Source: Candidatus Helarchaeota ASGARD archaeon Hel_GB_B (GTDB taxonomy: Archaea > Asgardarchaeota > Lokiarchaeia > Helarchaeales > HEL-GB-B). From it: a DNA stretch of 19,610 bases. The notes under the pieces are model-generated. The model saw only the letters and a list, made by a program, of their open reading frames with translations. It was not told where the DNA came from and did no database searches. The stretch spans positions 1-19,610 of the forward strand of contig SUPR01000069.1 in assembly GCA_005191425.1 (NCBI GenBank). Reading direction: 5' to 3'. The position numbers and the translations under genes were made by a program. Positions 7,283 through 15,928 of the stretch are shown piece after piece. Position 1 is the stretch's first letter; each line of letters starts with the position of its first letter.

Positions 7283-7861
7283 TTATTTTGATTGTATTAA
7301 TTCAATATTATGTATATTCTTGTTAATTAACAATTTAATTAGTGCATTAAAGAGTTCATTTACTCCCCGATGTGTTTTGCAAGATGTTTCAAAAAACTGC
7401 ATTTTTAATTCAAGAGCTTTTGAAGACCCTGATACATGAGAAATTTTTCGTTCATTTTCTAAATCAATCTTATTTCCAATCAAGATACCAATAGTTGTTG
7501 ACATTTTTGAATTATCTATTGCTTCTTTATACCAATAGTTAATATTTTGAAAAGATCTTGGATTTGTTATATCGTACATATACAGGATAGCCTTAACTCC
7601 AGAGTAAAAAATTGTCCGTACTTTTGAGAATTGTAATTGCCCAGATAGATCCCAAAAAATTAAACTGATATGCTCAACACCATCGAAAGTTTTTATATCA
7701 GCCTCTTTTGAAGTTATTTCAACTCCTAAAGTTGGTAAATATTCATCGCGATAAATTTTTTTTGTATATTTTTGGATCAGAGTAGTTTTTCCGACAGCAG
7801 GATCACCTATTACTACTATTTTATAAGGTGTCCTTGCGTAATATTTCTTTTTAACCATCAT
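7283..7861 (-). CDS. Rab-like small GTPase
   Basis: G1 GDPAVGKTT, G2 YLPTLGVEI, G3 WDLSGQ, G4 GNKID, G5 ETSCK. RabF-like segments LGVEI, SLIFW, FYSGV and YMYDIT. No C-terminal Cys prenylation motif. Confidence 0.92.
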   Translation of the reverse strand: MMVKKKYYARTPYKIVVIGDPAVGKTTLIQKYTKKIYRDEYLPTLGVEITSKEADIKTFDGVEHISLIFWDLSGQLQFSKVRTIFYSGVKAILYMYDITNPRSFQNINYWYKEAIDNSKMSTTIGILIGNKIDLENERKISHVSGSSKALELKMQFFETSCKTHRGVNELFNALIKLLINKNIHNIELIQSK

Positions 7862-8131
7862 TCTATCATCATTTATTAACCAATATAAAAGATAAATAAA
7901 TAAGTATTATAAAAATTAAAATGGATTATTTCAAATCTTTATCAAATGTATAACACTTTTTAATTTCTCAAAAATGAAAATTCATTAAAAAATTTCACAA
8001 AAATTAAGATTTATTAAGCAATTTGAAGTACACAATTGATTATTACCTTAAAAATTGTGAAAATCAAACAAAAGGTATATTATATAAAAATAATACATAA
8101 CTAATTAAAATAATATTTTTTGATGAATGTT

Positions 8132-9985
8132 ATGTGTGGTATTGTTGGAATTGCTTCAAATTTTATGGAAGATAGAAGTATTGGAGTATTGTTAAAAGAA
8201 GCACTATTAAGATTGGAATATAGAGGATATGATTCTGCAGGAATTGCGACTATTTATAATAATAAGCTTTACATTAAAAAGGATAAAGGTACTATAAAAG
8301 AAATACATAGGAAAATAAATTTTGATGATTTACTAGGTAATTGTGGTATTGGACATACTAGATGGGCGACTCATGGTAGCCCAAATCTTATAAACGCGCA
8401 CCCACATTGTGATTGTAATGATAGGATTGCGGTAGTTCATAATGGAATAATTGAAAATTTTTATGAATTAAAGAATAAATTAATAAGTAAAGGACATGTT
8501 TTTAAGTCTGAAACAGATACAGAAGTCATTCCACACTTAATTGAATCTCATTTAAAAGGAAGAGTGAGAAGGAGTTCAGTTGAAGAGGCTATTGAAAAAA
8601 CAATTAGAGAACTTAAGGGTACTTATGCTATTGTCGTTATTTATGTTGGTTTGCCAGATACAATCTTTTGTGTGAGAAATGAAAACCCATTGGTAATCGG
8701 CATCAATTCAAATGCCATATATTGTGCATCAGATATCACTGCTTTTTTACCAATGACAAATAAAGTTCTAATGTTAAATAACAATGAAATTGCTACTATT
8801 ACTAGTAACAGAATAGAAATTAACAATACAAACCTTGAAGAAACTGATATTAATGACCGTAAAATCGTAAGAATTTCTTGGACACCTGAAATGGCACAAA
8901 AGGGTGGCAGACCTCATTTTATGCAAAAAGAAATTCACGAACAGCCTATTGCCATTTCAAATACATTAAAAATTGACTGGAATAAAATTTTAAAATTTGG
9001 AGAATATATTCATAATACCCCTCCAGGTAATATTTATATTACAGCCGCTGGCACCTCTTATCATGCTGCTTTAGCAGGAAAATATATGTTTACAAAAATT
9101 GCTAATACACAAATACATCCAGTAATTTCGTCAGAATTTAGAGAATATATTGGAAATACACTTAATAACGATAGCCTTCTTATAGCTATAAGCCAATCAG
9201 GTGAAACTGCAGATACTATTAATGCAATTGATTTCGCAAAACAACAAGGAGCAAAAATTATCTCAATTACAAACGTACTTGGAAGCAATATTACCAGAAA
9301 ATCAGATTATTTTATCTATACACAAGCAGGCCCTGAGATTGGAGTCGCTGCTACGAAGACATTTTCAGTCCAATTAACTTCATTAGCACTGTGTAGTTTG
9401 GGATTAGCGGAATTAAATGGCTCACTTTTAAATAATGAGATTCTTGAATTTAAAAATAGATTGAATAATATCCCAATGATTATAAAAAATTTCATTTCAT
9501 CTAAAGAAGAAAAAGTAAGAATAATTGCAAATAAATATTACCAAAATAAGAATTTTCTATTTCTTGGACGGGGTGTTAATTATCCAACGGCTTTGGAGGG
9601 CGCTTTAAAACTAAAAGAAATTTCGTATCTTCATGCAGAAGGTTATGCCGCAGGAGAAAGTAAACATGGACCAATTGCTATGATTGAAAAAGATTATCCA
9701 GTAATTTTTGTAGCAGCTCCAGATGAGACCTATGATAAAATTTTAGGAAATGTTATGGAAATGAAGGCACGAGGAGCAAAAATATTTTCTATAATTCAAG
9801 AAAATGATCAGACAATTAAAACTTTATCCGATGATTTTATTGAAATACCTCGTAATATAGATTTGCCTTTTTCACCAATTGTATATATCGTACCATTACA
9901 ATTATTTAGCTATTATGTTGCAATTAAATGCGGCTATGACCCAGATAAACCAAGAAATCTTGCAAAATCCGTGACAGTTCCCTAA
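8132..9985 (+). CDS. glmS: Glutamine--fructose-6-phosphate aminotransferase (isomerizing)
   Basis: MCGIVG N-terminus (catalytic Cys after Met removal, so the start is ATG 8132 rather than 8120), LEYRGYDSAG, GHTRWATHG, HNGIIEN, SETDTE, ISQSGETADT, ALKLKEISY and the C-terminal DKPRNLAKSVTV. Confidence 0.97.
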   Translation: MCGIVGIASNFMEDRSIGVLLKEALLRLEYRGYDSAGIATIYNNKLYIKKDKGTIKEIHRKINFDDLLGNCGIGHTRWATHGSPNLINAHPHCDCNDRIAVVHNGIIENFYELKNKLISKGHVFKSETDTEVIPHLIESHLKGRVRRSSVEEAIEKTIRELKGTYAIVVIYVGLPDTIFCVRNENPLVIGINSNAIYCASDITAFLPMTNKVLMLNNNEIATITSNRIEINNTNLEETDINDRKIVRISWTPEMAQKGGRPHFMQKEIHEQPIAISNTLKIDWNKILKFGEYIHNTPPGNIYITAAGTSYHAALAGKYMFTKIANTQIHPVISSEFREYIGNTLNNDSLLIAISQSGETADTINAIDFAKQQGAKIISITNVLGSNITRKSDYFIYTQAGPEIGVAATKTFSVQLTSLALCSLGLAELNGSLLNNEILEFKNRLNNIPMIIKNFISSKEEKVRIIANKYYQNKNFLFLGRGVNYPTALEGALKLKEISYLHAEGYAAGESKHGPIAMIEKDYPVIFVAAPDETYDKILGNVMEMKARGAKIFSIIQENDQTIKTLSDDFIEIPRNIDLPFSPIVYIVPLQLFSYYVAIKCGYDPDKPRNLAKSVTVP

Positions 9986-10079
9986 TTATAATTAATAGGA
10001 ATTTTTTTCATTTCCATCTAATCGATTTTATTTAAATTAATAAATTTAAGATGTAATTCATTAATACAATTATCTAAAT

Positions 10080-10979
10080 ATGACAACTATAATGACAGAA
10101 AATAATTTGAGAATAGGGCCGGCTGGGATACCTACTAATCAATTTAGAAAAGAATACGAAGTATTAATTGATAATTGTAAAAATAATGGATTTACTGCCT
10201 TAGAATTAGAATTTTTGAATATTAAGGATATTTTTCTTTATCCTGATCCACAAGATTTAATAGAATTAAATTTATTAGCCAAGAAATATAATATAAAATT
10301 AAGTATACATGCTCCTTATTATATTAATTTAGCAACTAATAATCCTAATATAATAAAAAATTCATTTAATCATTTATTAAAAACTCTTAATGTCTCAAAA
10401 TCATTGAATTGTCCGGTTGTTTTTCATGCTGGGTTCTATCAAAAAGAGTCTAAACATAAATCAGTCCTTAATGTAATTGATAACCTAAAAAAATTTAGAA
10501 AACACCTAAAAAATAACACTAATTTAAACCTTAAAAGGTTATTTATAGAAACACCAGGTAAATTTACTGCAGTAGGGACGATAGAGGAACTCATTGAAAT
10601 TGCTAAAGTAAGTAATTGCTTAATTTGTATTGATTGGGCGCATCTTTATGCTAAAAATCCATCAAAAATTACTAAAAATAATATAGTGTCGTTAATTAAG
10701 AAAATTGAAAACGAATTAGAAATGGATTATTTCCATATGCATATTTCTGGAATTAAACGAAACAGAAATGGTGAAATTAAACATATTCCGTTTATTAAGT
10801 CTTTTTTTCCATTGGATATTGTAATAAATACTCTTAAAGAAATAGGTATTAAAGGTACTCTTATATGTGAGAGCCCAAATAGGTTTAAAAATGATACCAA
10901 TTATTTATTATCATTATATAAAACTGGAAAATTACCATTTTCTAAATTAAAAAAACTTGATGATTTTATTGCTCTATGA
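10080..10979 (+). CDS. nfo: Archaeal-type endonuclease IV (AP endonuclease family 2, TIM barrel)
   Basis: RIGPAGIP, SIHAPYYINL, VFHAGFY, FIETPGK, CIDWAHLYA, HMHISG, EIKH and ICESP retain the expected metal ligands. Alternative ATG at 10092. Confidence 0.85.
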   Translation: MTTIMTENNLRIGPAGIPTNQFRKEYEVLIDNCKNNGFTALELEFLNIKDIFLYPDPQDLIELNLLAKKYNIKLSIHAPYYINLATNNPNIIKNSFNHLLKTLNVSKSLNCPVVFHAGFYQKESKHKSVLNVIDNLKKFRKHLKNNTNLNLKRLFIETPGKFTAVGTIEELIEIAKVSNCLICIDWAHLYAKNPSKITKNNIVSLIKKIENELEMDYFHMHISGIKRNRNGEIKHIPFIKSFFPLDIVINTLKEIGIKGTLICESPNRFKNDTNYLLSLYKTGKLPFSKLKKLDDFIAL

Positions 10980-12182
10980 TTTCTCCGATTTTAAACGTTG
11001 ATTGACTAGTTCATAAGCTTTTTCCTCTAAAACTTTTGCAGGTATATCAAATAAAGTCAGTCTACTACGACGCCCCCTTCTTCCCTTCCCAATTTGTTTT
11101 GTTATTTTGTTAATAATGCCATATTTGACTAATGCATCGATATAATTTCTATATGTATTAAGAGAGTGTGGCTCAATTTCCAATTCCTCACAAGTTACTT
11201 TATAATAATCGTAAGATTCCATAATACTTGTTGATATAATCCCTCTATGCTTGAGCCTCTTTGCAATCCCTATAGCACTTATCAATTCTTGTGTCCGTAA
11301 AGTATTTAACATCTCAGGTCTTAAAACGGGATATACATTGTTCTTAGCTTCCCTTACCATCTCAGCTGAAATTTCCTCCTTGTTCTCCATATCAGCTAAT
11401 TTTCCACATTGATATAATATTTCAATCATATGTCGTGTATTTTTTGTTTCATTTACAATATCTATTATCAAGTCTTTTATGTCATCAGAAATCGCACCAG
11501 GCTTAAATGCCAATTCTGTTCTGAAATCAATTATATTTTTAAATGTTTCTCTATCATAAACATCAAGCTGTATTAAATCAGTTATTTTCCCTTTTAATTG
11601 CATAGCCAAATATGATTTATACTCCTCAGGACGACTAATTATTATCATTGAAATCGGTGAATAACCAAACCCATAACTCTCATAAGAATGAATCAAACTT
11701 AAGATGTCATTTCCACCTAATAAAAACGCTTCATCTAAAATTAAAAGAATACTTTTGTTCTCATTTTTTAATCTGTTAAATATTTGCGTTAATAATTCAT
11801 TATCGGACAAACCTCTACTTGAGATACCAAAATGCTTCCCTGTAATTTCTCTTAATATTGCGCTTTTTGTCCGGAATGAATAACAATTAAAATAAAAAAG
11901 CATAACGTCCTTATAAGGTTTGATTGCCTTAATAAAACCTTCACCAAACAACCTCGCCAATGAAGTTTTACCTACGCCAACTGGACCGGTTATTGCAACA
12001 TTAATATTGTATGCCTTCTTTTCCATAATTAATGGTTTATAATCTCTGCTCAATCTCGCTAATTCTTCATCACGACCAGGTAACCGGGGCGGTATATAGG
12101 TCAATAATAATGTTGACTCGTCCTTAAAGATTGATGACCCTAATACATTTCTCTTTATTATATCATTATTAAATTCTCTCAT
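10974..12182 (-). CDS. cdc6: Cdc6/Orc1 AAA+ ATPase with C-terminal winged helix
   Basis: SIFKDESTL..YIPPRLPGRDEEL, Walker A GPVGVGKTS, NC motif, Walker B LILDEAF, sensor-2-like NTRHMIEIL, and winged-helix tail GRRGRRSRLTL. Confidence 0.93.
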   Translation of the reverse strand: MREFNNDIIKRNVLGSSIFKDESTLLLTYIPPRLPGRDEELARLSRDYKPLIMEKKAYNINVAITGPVGVGKTSLARLFGEGFIKAIKPYKDVMLFYFNCYSFRTKSAILREITGKHFGISSRGLSDNELLTQIFNRLKNENKSILLILDEAFLLGGNDILSLIHSYESYGFGYSPISMIIISRPEEYKSYLAMQLKGKITDLIQLDVYDRETFKNIIDFRTELAFKPGAISDDIKDLIIDIVNETKNTRHMIEILYQCGKLADMENKEEISAEMVREAKNNVYPVLRPEMLNTLRTQELISAIGIAKRLKHRGIISTSIMESYDYYKVTCEELEIEPHSLNTYRNYIDALVKYGIINKITKQIGKGRRGRRSRLTLFDIPAKVLEEKAYELVNQRLKSEKS

Positions 12183-12270
12183 TTTTCCCTAATCATTTAA
12201 ACTCTTAATTTAATATTTTTCGATTACATTTCTGTTAATATTATTTTATATTTTCAATTACTTATATATA

Positions 12271-12444
12271 CTAATTTTCTTCTTCTTCTTTTGAAAATAA
12301 AAATCCTTTTTCTTCTAAATCATCTAATATAGTCTTTACTTCATCAGACTTCATATTTAATTCTTTTGCAATATCTTCTGGTAATACTCCATCCTCACTT
12401 TTCATGACCAAATATAGAACGTCTTTCTCTTTTTTACTTAACAT
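12271..12444 (-). CDS. Stand-alone 57-aa winged helix-turn-helix protein (MarR/TrmB-like) with acidic tail
   Basis: MLSKKEKDVLYLVMKSEDGVLPEDIAKELNMKSDEVKTILDDLEEKGFL is a classic L-S-x2-E-x2-V-L ... IA-x2-L ... V-x2-IL-x2-LEEKG wHTH pattern. ATG 12444 follows GAGTGA, which contains the track's GTG start. Confidence 0.8.
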   Translation of the reverse strand: MLSKKEKDVLYLVMKSEDGVLPEDIAKELNMKSDEVKTILDDLEEKGFLFSKEEEEN

Positions 12445-12893
12445 TGTTTTCACTCAAAAATATCAAGTATTATATTCTCTTAAATTTGTATTTTTTTGCT
12501 GATTTCCATCTATAAATACATCAATTATATTGATTTTTTAAAAATTACTGTTTTTATTTTATTTTTATCGTTTATATTTTTTATTTGTTTAAATTAGAAA
12601 TTATTTTCAGAACTAAATTCAAAAAAATTTAGGTGATAAGTTGTAATACAATTTGATTCTCGTATATATTATATATTTATTGTAATCATCTATATTATCT
12701 AATGTTTTTATATCCAATTATCCCATAAAATACTTGTATATTTTAAATAATATTATTTTAATTATATTATTTATTGATTAGATGTGCATTATTTTCAACT
12801 TTAATTGCAAATTTTGGAATAAATCTAAATTTTTTAATTTGATTTTAAAATTATTATTAAATAATTATAGATGATCAATGAATAAATTTAACA

Positions 12894-14195
12894 ATGACTC
12901 CACAGAATGAAATTCATAAAGCAATAATGAAGAGCAAATTAGTCTGGAAATTTTGTTTTTATGGGTTTTTAAAAAACTTAAAATTTTTTGAACCATATCT
13001 TTTATTAATATTATTTAATTTAGGTTATAATTTATTTGAAATTGGTATTTTAATCATGATAATTGAGGCAACTACCTATTCTTTTGAAATTCCATCTGGT
13101 ATATTATCAGATAAATTTGGTAAAAAGCGAATTTTACAATTTTGTTTTATTTTTTATTGTATTTCTTTTGGTTTTTACTATTTTGGATTTAATTTGCTTG
13201 CAGCGAATTTCTTAATTTTAATTGGTGCGTCCTTTTTTTTTGGATTGGGTGAAGCATTCCGCTCAGGTACCCATAAAGCTATGATATTAACTTGGGCTGA
13301 AAAAGAGGGTTATTCAGAATATATAACATTCGTCTACGGGAGAACCAGGTCTTTTTCACTAATTGGTGAAGCGATATCCGGAGTACTAAGCGTTATATTT
13401 ATTTTGGCTATTCAATTACCACCTAACGGAACCATCTTTTTGATAACGATTATTCCGTATATTATAGACTTTATTTTAATTACTTCATACCCAAAATATA
13501 TGAATGAACATAAAAAATACAAGGAAAGAAAACTAAAAGAATTTATTAACGGTATAAAAAATCTTAAAATAGTATTTTCCAATAAAAAATTAAACAGAGC
13601 ACTACTTAGTTCGACTATATACGACTCTATTTTTAAAGTAATTAAAGATTATATCCAACCCATAATGAAATTATATTTTGGAATGGTCATTTTATTTTTT
13701 ATACTTAATCCTACTACTGAGCAAATAGATTTTTATACATCAGTGATACTTGGGTTTCTTTATACCATATTTTATCTTATTTCATCTTTTGCATCAAAAT
13801 ATGCTTACAAATTTAATTATAAAATAAAGAATACTAAACGTTCTATGGATATCCTATTCGATTTGTTTGGTATTGCTTTACTTTTAATAGGAATTTTTTC
13901 TTTATCGAACTTGATCATTATGGTCATAATTACTTATTTGATTGTTTATATATTATTTAATGTAAGACGGCCAATTATAATAGATTATTTAAGTTCCGTT
14001 ATGGAGAAAGACCAGCGAGCTTCAATTTTAAGCATTGAATCATTGATTAAATCAATTTTTACATTTATTTTTGCGCCATTATTTGGATTTTTTGCTGATT
14101 ATACATCTATTCCTATTTTATTTATTAGTTTGTTTATCTGTATTATAATTATCAATAGATTTCTGAGTATAAACATTCGGAGAAAATCTCATTGA
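12894..14195 (+). CDS. Major facilitator superfamily transporter
   Basis: About 12 hydrophobic segments, MFS motif A variant EIPSGILSDKFGKKR, GEAFRSGT, and a second-half motif A remnant RRPIIIDYLSSVMEKDQRASILS. Confidence 0.9.
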   Translation: MTPQNEIHKAIMKSKLVWKFCFYGFLKNLKFFEPYLLLILFNLGYNLFEIGILIMIIEATTYSFEIPSGILSDKFGKKRILQFCFIFYCISFGFYYFGFNLLAANFLILIGASFFFGLGEAFRSGTHKAMILTWAEKEGYSEYITFVYGRTRSFSLIGEAISGVLSVIFILAIQLPPNGTIFLITIIPYIIDFILITSYPKYMNEHKKYKERKLKEFINGIKNLKIVFSNKKLNRALLSSTIYDSIFKVIKDYIQPIMKLYFGMVILFFILNPTTEQIDFYTSVILGFLYTIFYLISSFASKYAYKFNYKIKNTKRSMDILFDLFGIALLLIGIFSLSNLIIMVIITYLIVYILFNVRRPIIIDYLSSVMEKDQRASILSIESLIKSIFTFIFAPLFGFFADYTSIPILFISLFICIIIINRFLSINIRRKSH

Positions 14196-14217
14196 TCGAC
14201 TTAATTATTTTATATGT

Positions 14218-14352
14218 TTAAATTTCTCTTGTTGCCCGGAACGCATTATCTAAAATAAAGATTTTTCCACATTTTGAACAAATTATAACATCTGAATCTT
14301 TATTTACATAATTAGGAGTATTACAATAAGGACAATTAATAATCATTCCCAA
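14218..14352 (-). CDS. 44-aa zinc-ribbon microprotein (CPYC-x14-CSKC), not in the ORF track
   Basis: GGAGG at 14364-14360, 7 nt before TTG at 14352. Reads MGMIINCPYCNTPNYVNKDSDVIICSKCGKIFILDNAFRATREI*, with TAA at 14220-14218. Alternative ATG at 14346. Confidence 0.75.
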   Translation of the reverse strand: MGMIINCPYCNTPNYVNKDSDVIICSKCGKIFILDNAFRATREI

Positions 14353-14571
14353 ATTTATTCCTCCACTTTATTTTTAGACTATTATTCATAGATAATTTTT
14401 ACAATTTAATTTAAAATAAAAATCTTTAAAATTTAAAATTACGGTAAAAAGTCTATTTTTATTAAGATTTATTTTCAGAAGTTAAAGAAAATGTTTATTT
14501 CATATAAGATTTTCAAATCCCATTTAATCATAGAAAATAAATTTTATTTGGATAATTGTTTTATTTATTAA

Positions 14572-15696
14572 TTAGTATAGAGTATCTGCCCCACATCTAG
14601 GACATTTTAGTTGGTCGTATCTAATAATCCATCCACACTTTTTACATCTTGTTATTGAAGAATCTGGTTGTATATTTGTCAACTCTTTAAAAGTATCATC
14701 GTCCATTTCTGCTGGTTTTAATATTTCATATAAGACATTTTTTTCTTTATCTTCATCTTTCTTATTTCCGCTTGGTTTTAATACCTGTGAAACTTCTTTT
14801 TTAGCTGGCTTAGAATAGTATTCATCTTCATCAGATTCAATTACAACGCGCCCGATTTTTGGTTTTGCTTTTTTCTTTTGAGCGATTGGTGATGCCATAG
14901 GACTTGAAATTTCTGAAAATTGATCTATTTCGCCACCAATAATGACTTGGTGAACTTCAGTTTCAGGCTTGGAAATATTCGGGGGTTCGGGTGGAGATGA
15001 CATTATTTGAGGTGGCTCAGGTGGAGCTTCTGCAATTTGAGGTGGCTCAGGAAATCTATTATCAGATTGAATTGGTATGGGCTTTTCTATATCTTCGTCA
15101 TCTATTAATACATTACTCAATTCGGATATAATTTCAGATTCGTCTAAAGAATCAATTGGAATCTCACTTAATTTTCTCGGAATTCGACTTTTTAACTCTA
15201 CTTCCCATTTTTTAAGTTTTTCATTTAATTCTGCAGTATCCACTAATAAATTTTCGTTGACCAGAAATATATAGAAATTATTTTCTTTATTGTCTATTTC
15301 ATAACTGATTTTTAATTTTGGGTGCATTAGATACTTTCTTTTAAATATTTCGTCATGCCCAATAAATATTTCTTCAATTTTGGAATTTGGTATCTCGATT
15401 ACTATTGGTTTTGAATAATCAATATTACAGATAGGTCTTAGTTTATTGGTATTTAATGCATCTTCTTGTAAATTAAACGAAATAATTTCATAACCTTTGA
15501 AAATTAACTTATTATTTAATAACCAAATGCGACCTCGATATTTAAAATTAAAATTCTTATTATTTATTACTTTAAATTCAAAAGTATCCGGAGTAACTAG
15601 ACAATGACTGTCCAATACTACCTCATCATCATTTTTTTCATTCGGATTTAATTCAATCTCTATTTCTAAGTTATTGCCAGATATAAGATCTATCAT
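14572..15696 (-). CDS. Modular protein: PH/GRAM-like N-terminal domain, acidic and Pro-rich disordered linker, C-terminal zinc ribbon
   Basis: GAGGT SD 6 nt before the ATG. GRIWLLNNKLIFKG resembles the GRLYLTNxRLIF strand of GRAM/GLUE-type PH domains, closed by the Trp-containing helix LNEKLKKWEVELKSRI. The C-terminus is CKKC-x10-CPRC. Confidence 0.65.
   Translation of the reverse strand: MIDLISGNNLEIEIELNPNEKNDDEVVLDSHCLVTPDTFEFKVINNKNFNFKYRGRIWLLNNKLIFKGYEIISFNLQEDALNTNKLRPICNIDYSKPIVIEIPNSKIEEIFIGHDEIFKRKYLMHPKLKISYEIDNKENNFYIFLVNENLLVDTAELNEKLKKWEVELKSRIPRKLSEIPIDSLDESEIISELSNVLIDDEDIEKPIPIQSDNRFPEPPQIAEAPPEPPQIMSSPPEPPNISKPETEVHQVIIGGEIDQFSEISSPMASPIAQKKKAKPKIGRVVIESDEDEYYSKPAKKEVSQVLKPSGNKKDEDKEKNVLYEILKPAEMDDDTFKELTNIQPDSSITRCKKCGWIIRYDQLKCPRCGADTLY
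14965..15054 (-). repeat. 3 x 30-nt intragenic tandem repeat encoding (F/P)PEPP(Q/N)Ixxx
   Basis: FPEPPQIAEA-PPEPPQIMSS-PPEPPNISKP. Forward ATTTGAGGTGGCTCAGG is identical at 15005-15021 and 15035-15051. Confidence 0.85.
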
Positions 15697-15928
15697 TATT
15701 TTACCTCATTGAAATTATGTATAGCTTTATTTAATATTTGATTTCTTTACTATTAAATTTAATTATATCAACAATTTCAAATTAATTAATTCTAAAATAA
15801 AATGAAATGAATATATTAAACTAATAAAGTTTTGAATTTAGAAAACTTAACAAATAATATTTTGATCTAATATAAAAAAATATCGAATATAATTAAGGGG
15901 AAAAAGTAGAAGTTAAATTTTTTTAAGT

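Noticed and set aside
7862-8131. glmS ribozyme or riboswitch upstream of glmS
   Set aside because: The region is extremely AT-rich with no GC stems or conserved core; that ribozyme is bacterial.
4750-9288. Short antisense ORFs 4750-4965, 5363-5665, 6351-6596, 7254-7439, 8641-8826 and 9061-9288
   Set aside because: All lie opposite well-supported genes (mutase, GTPases, glmS), have no recognisable motifs and look like shadow frames.
12183-12893. Possible replication origin beside cdc6
   Set aside because: AT-rich, but no more so than other intergenic gaps here, and no ORB or mini-ORB repeats were found by eye.
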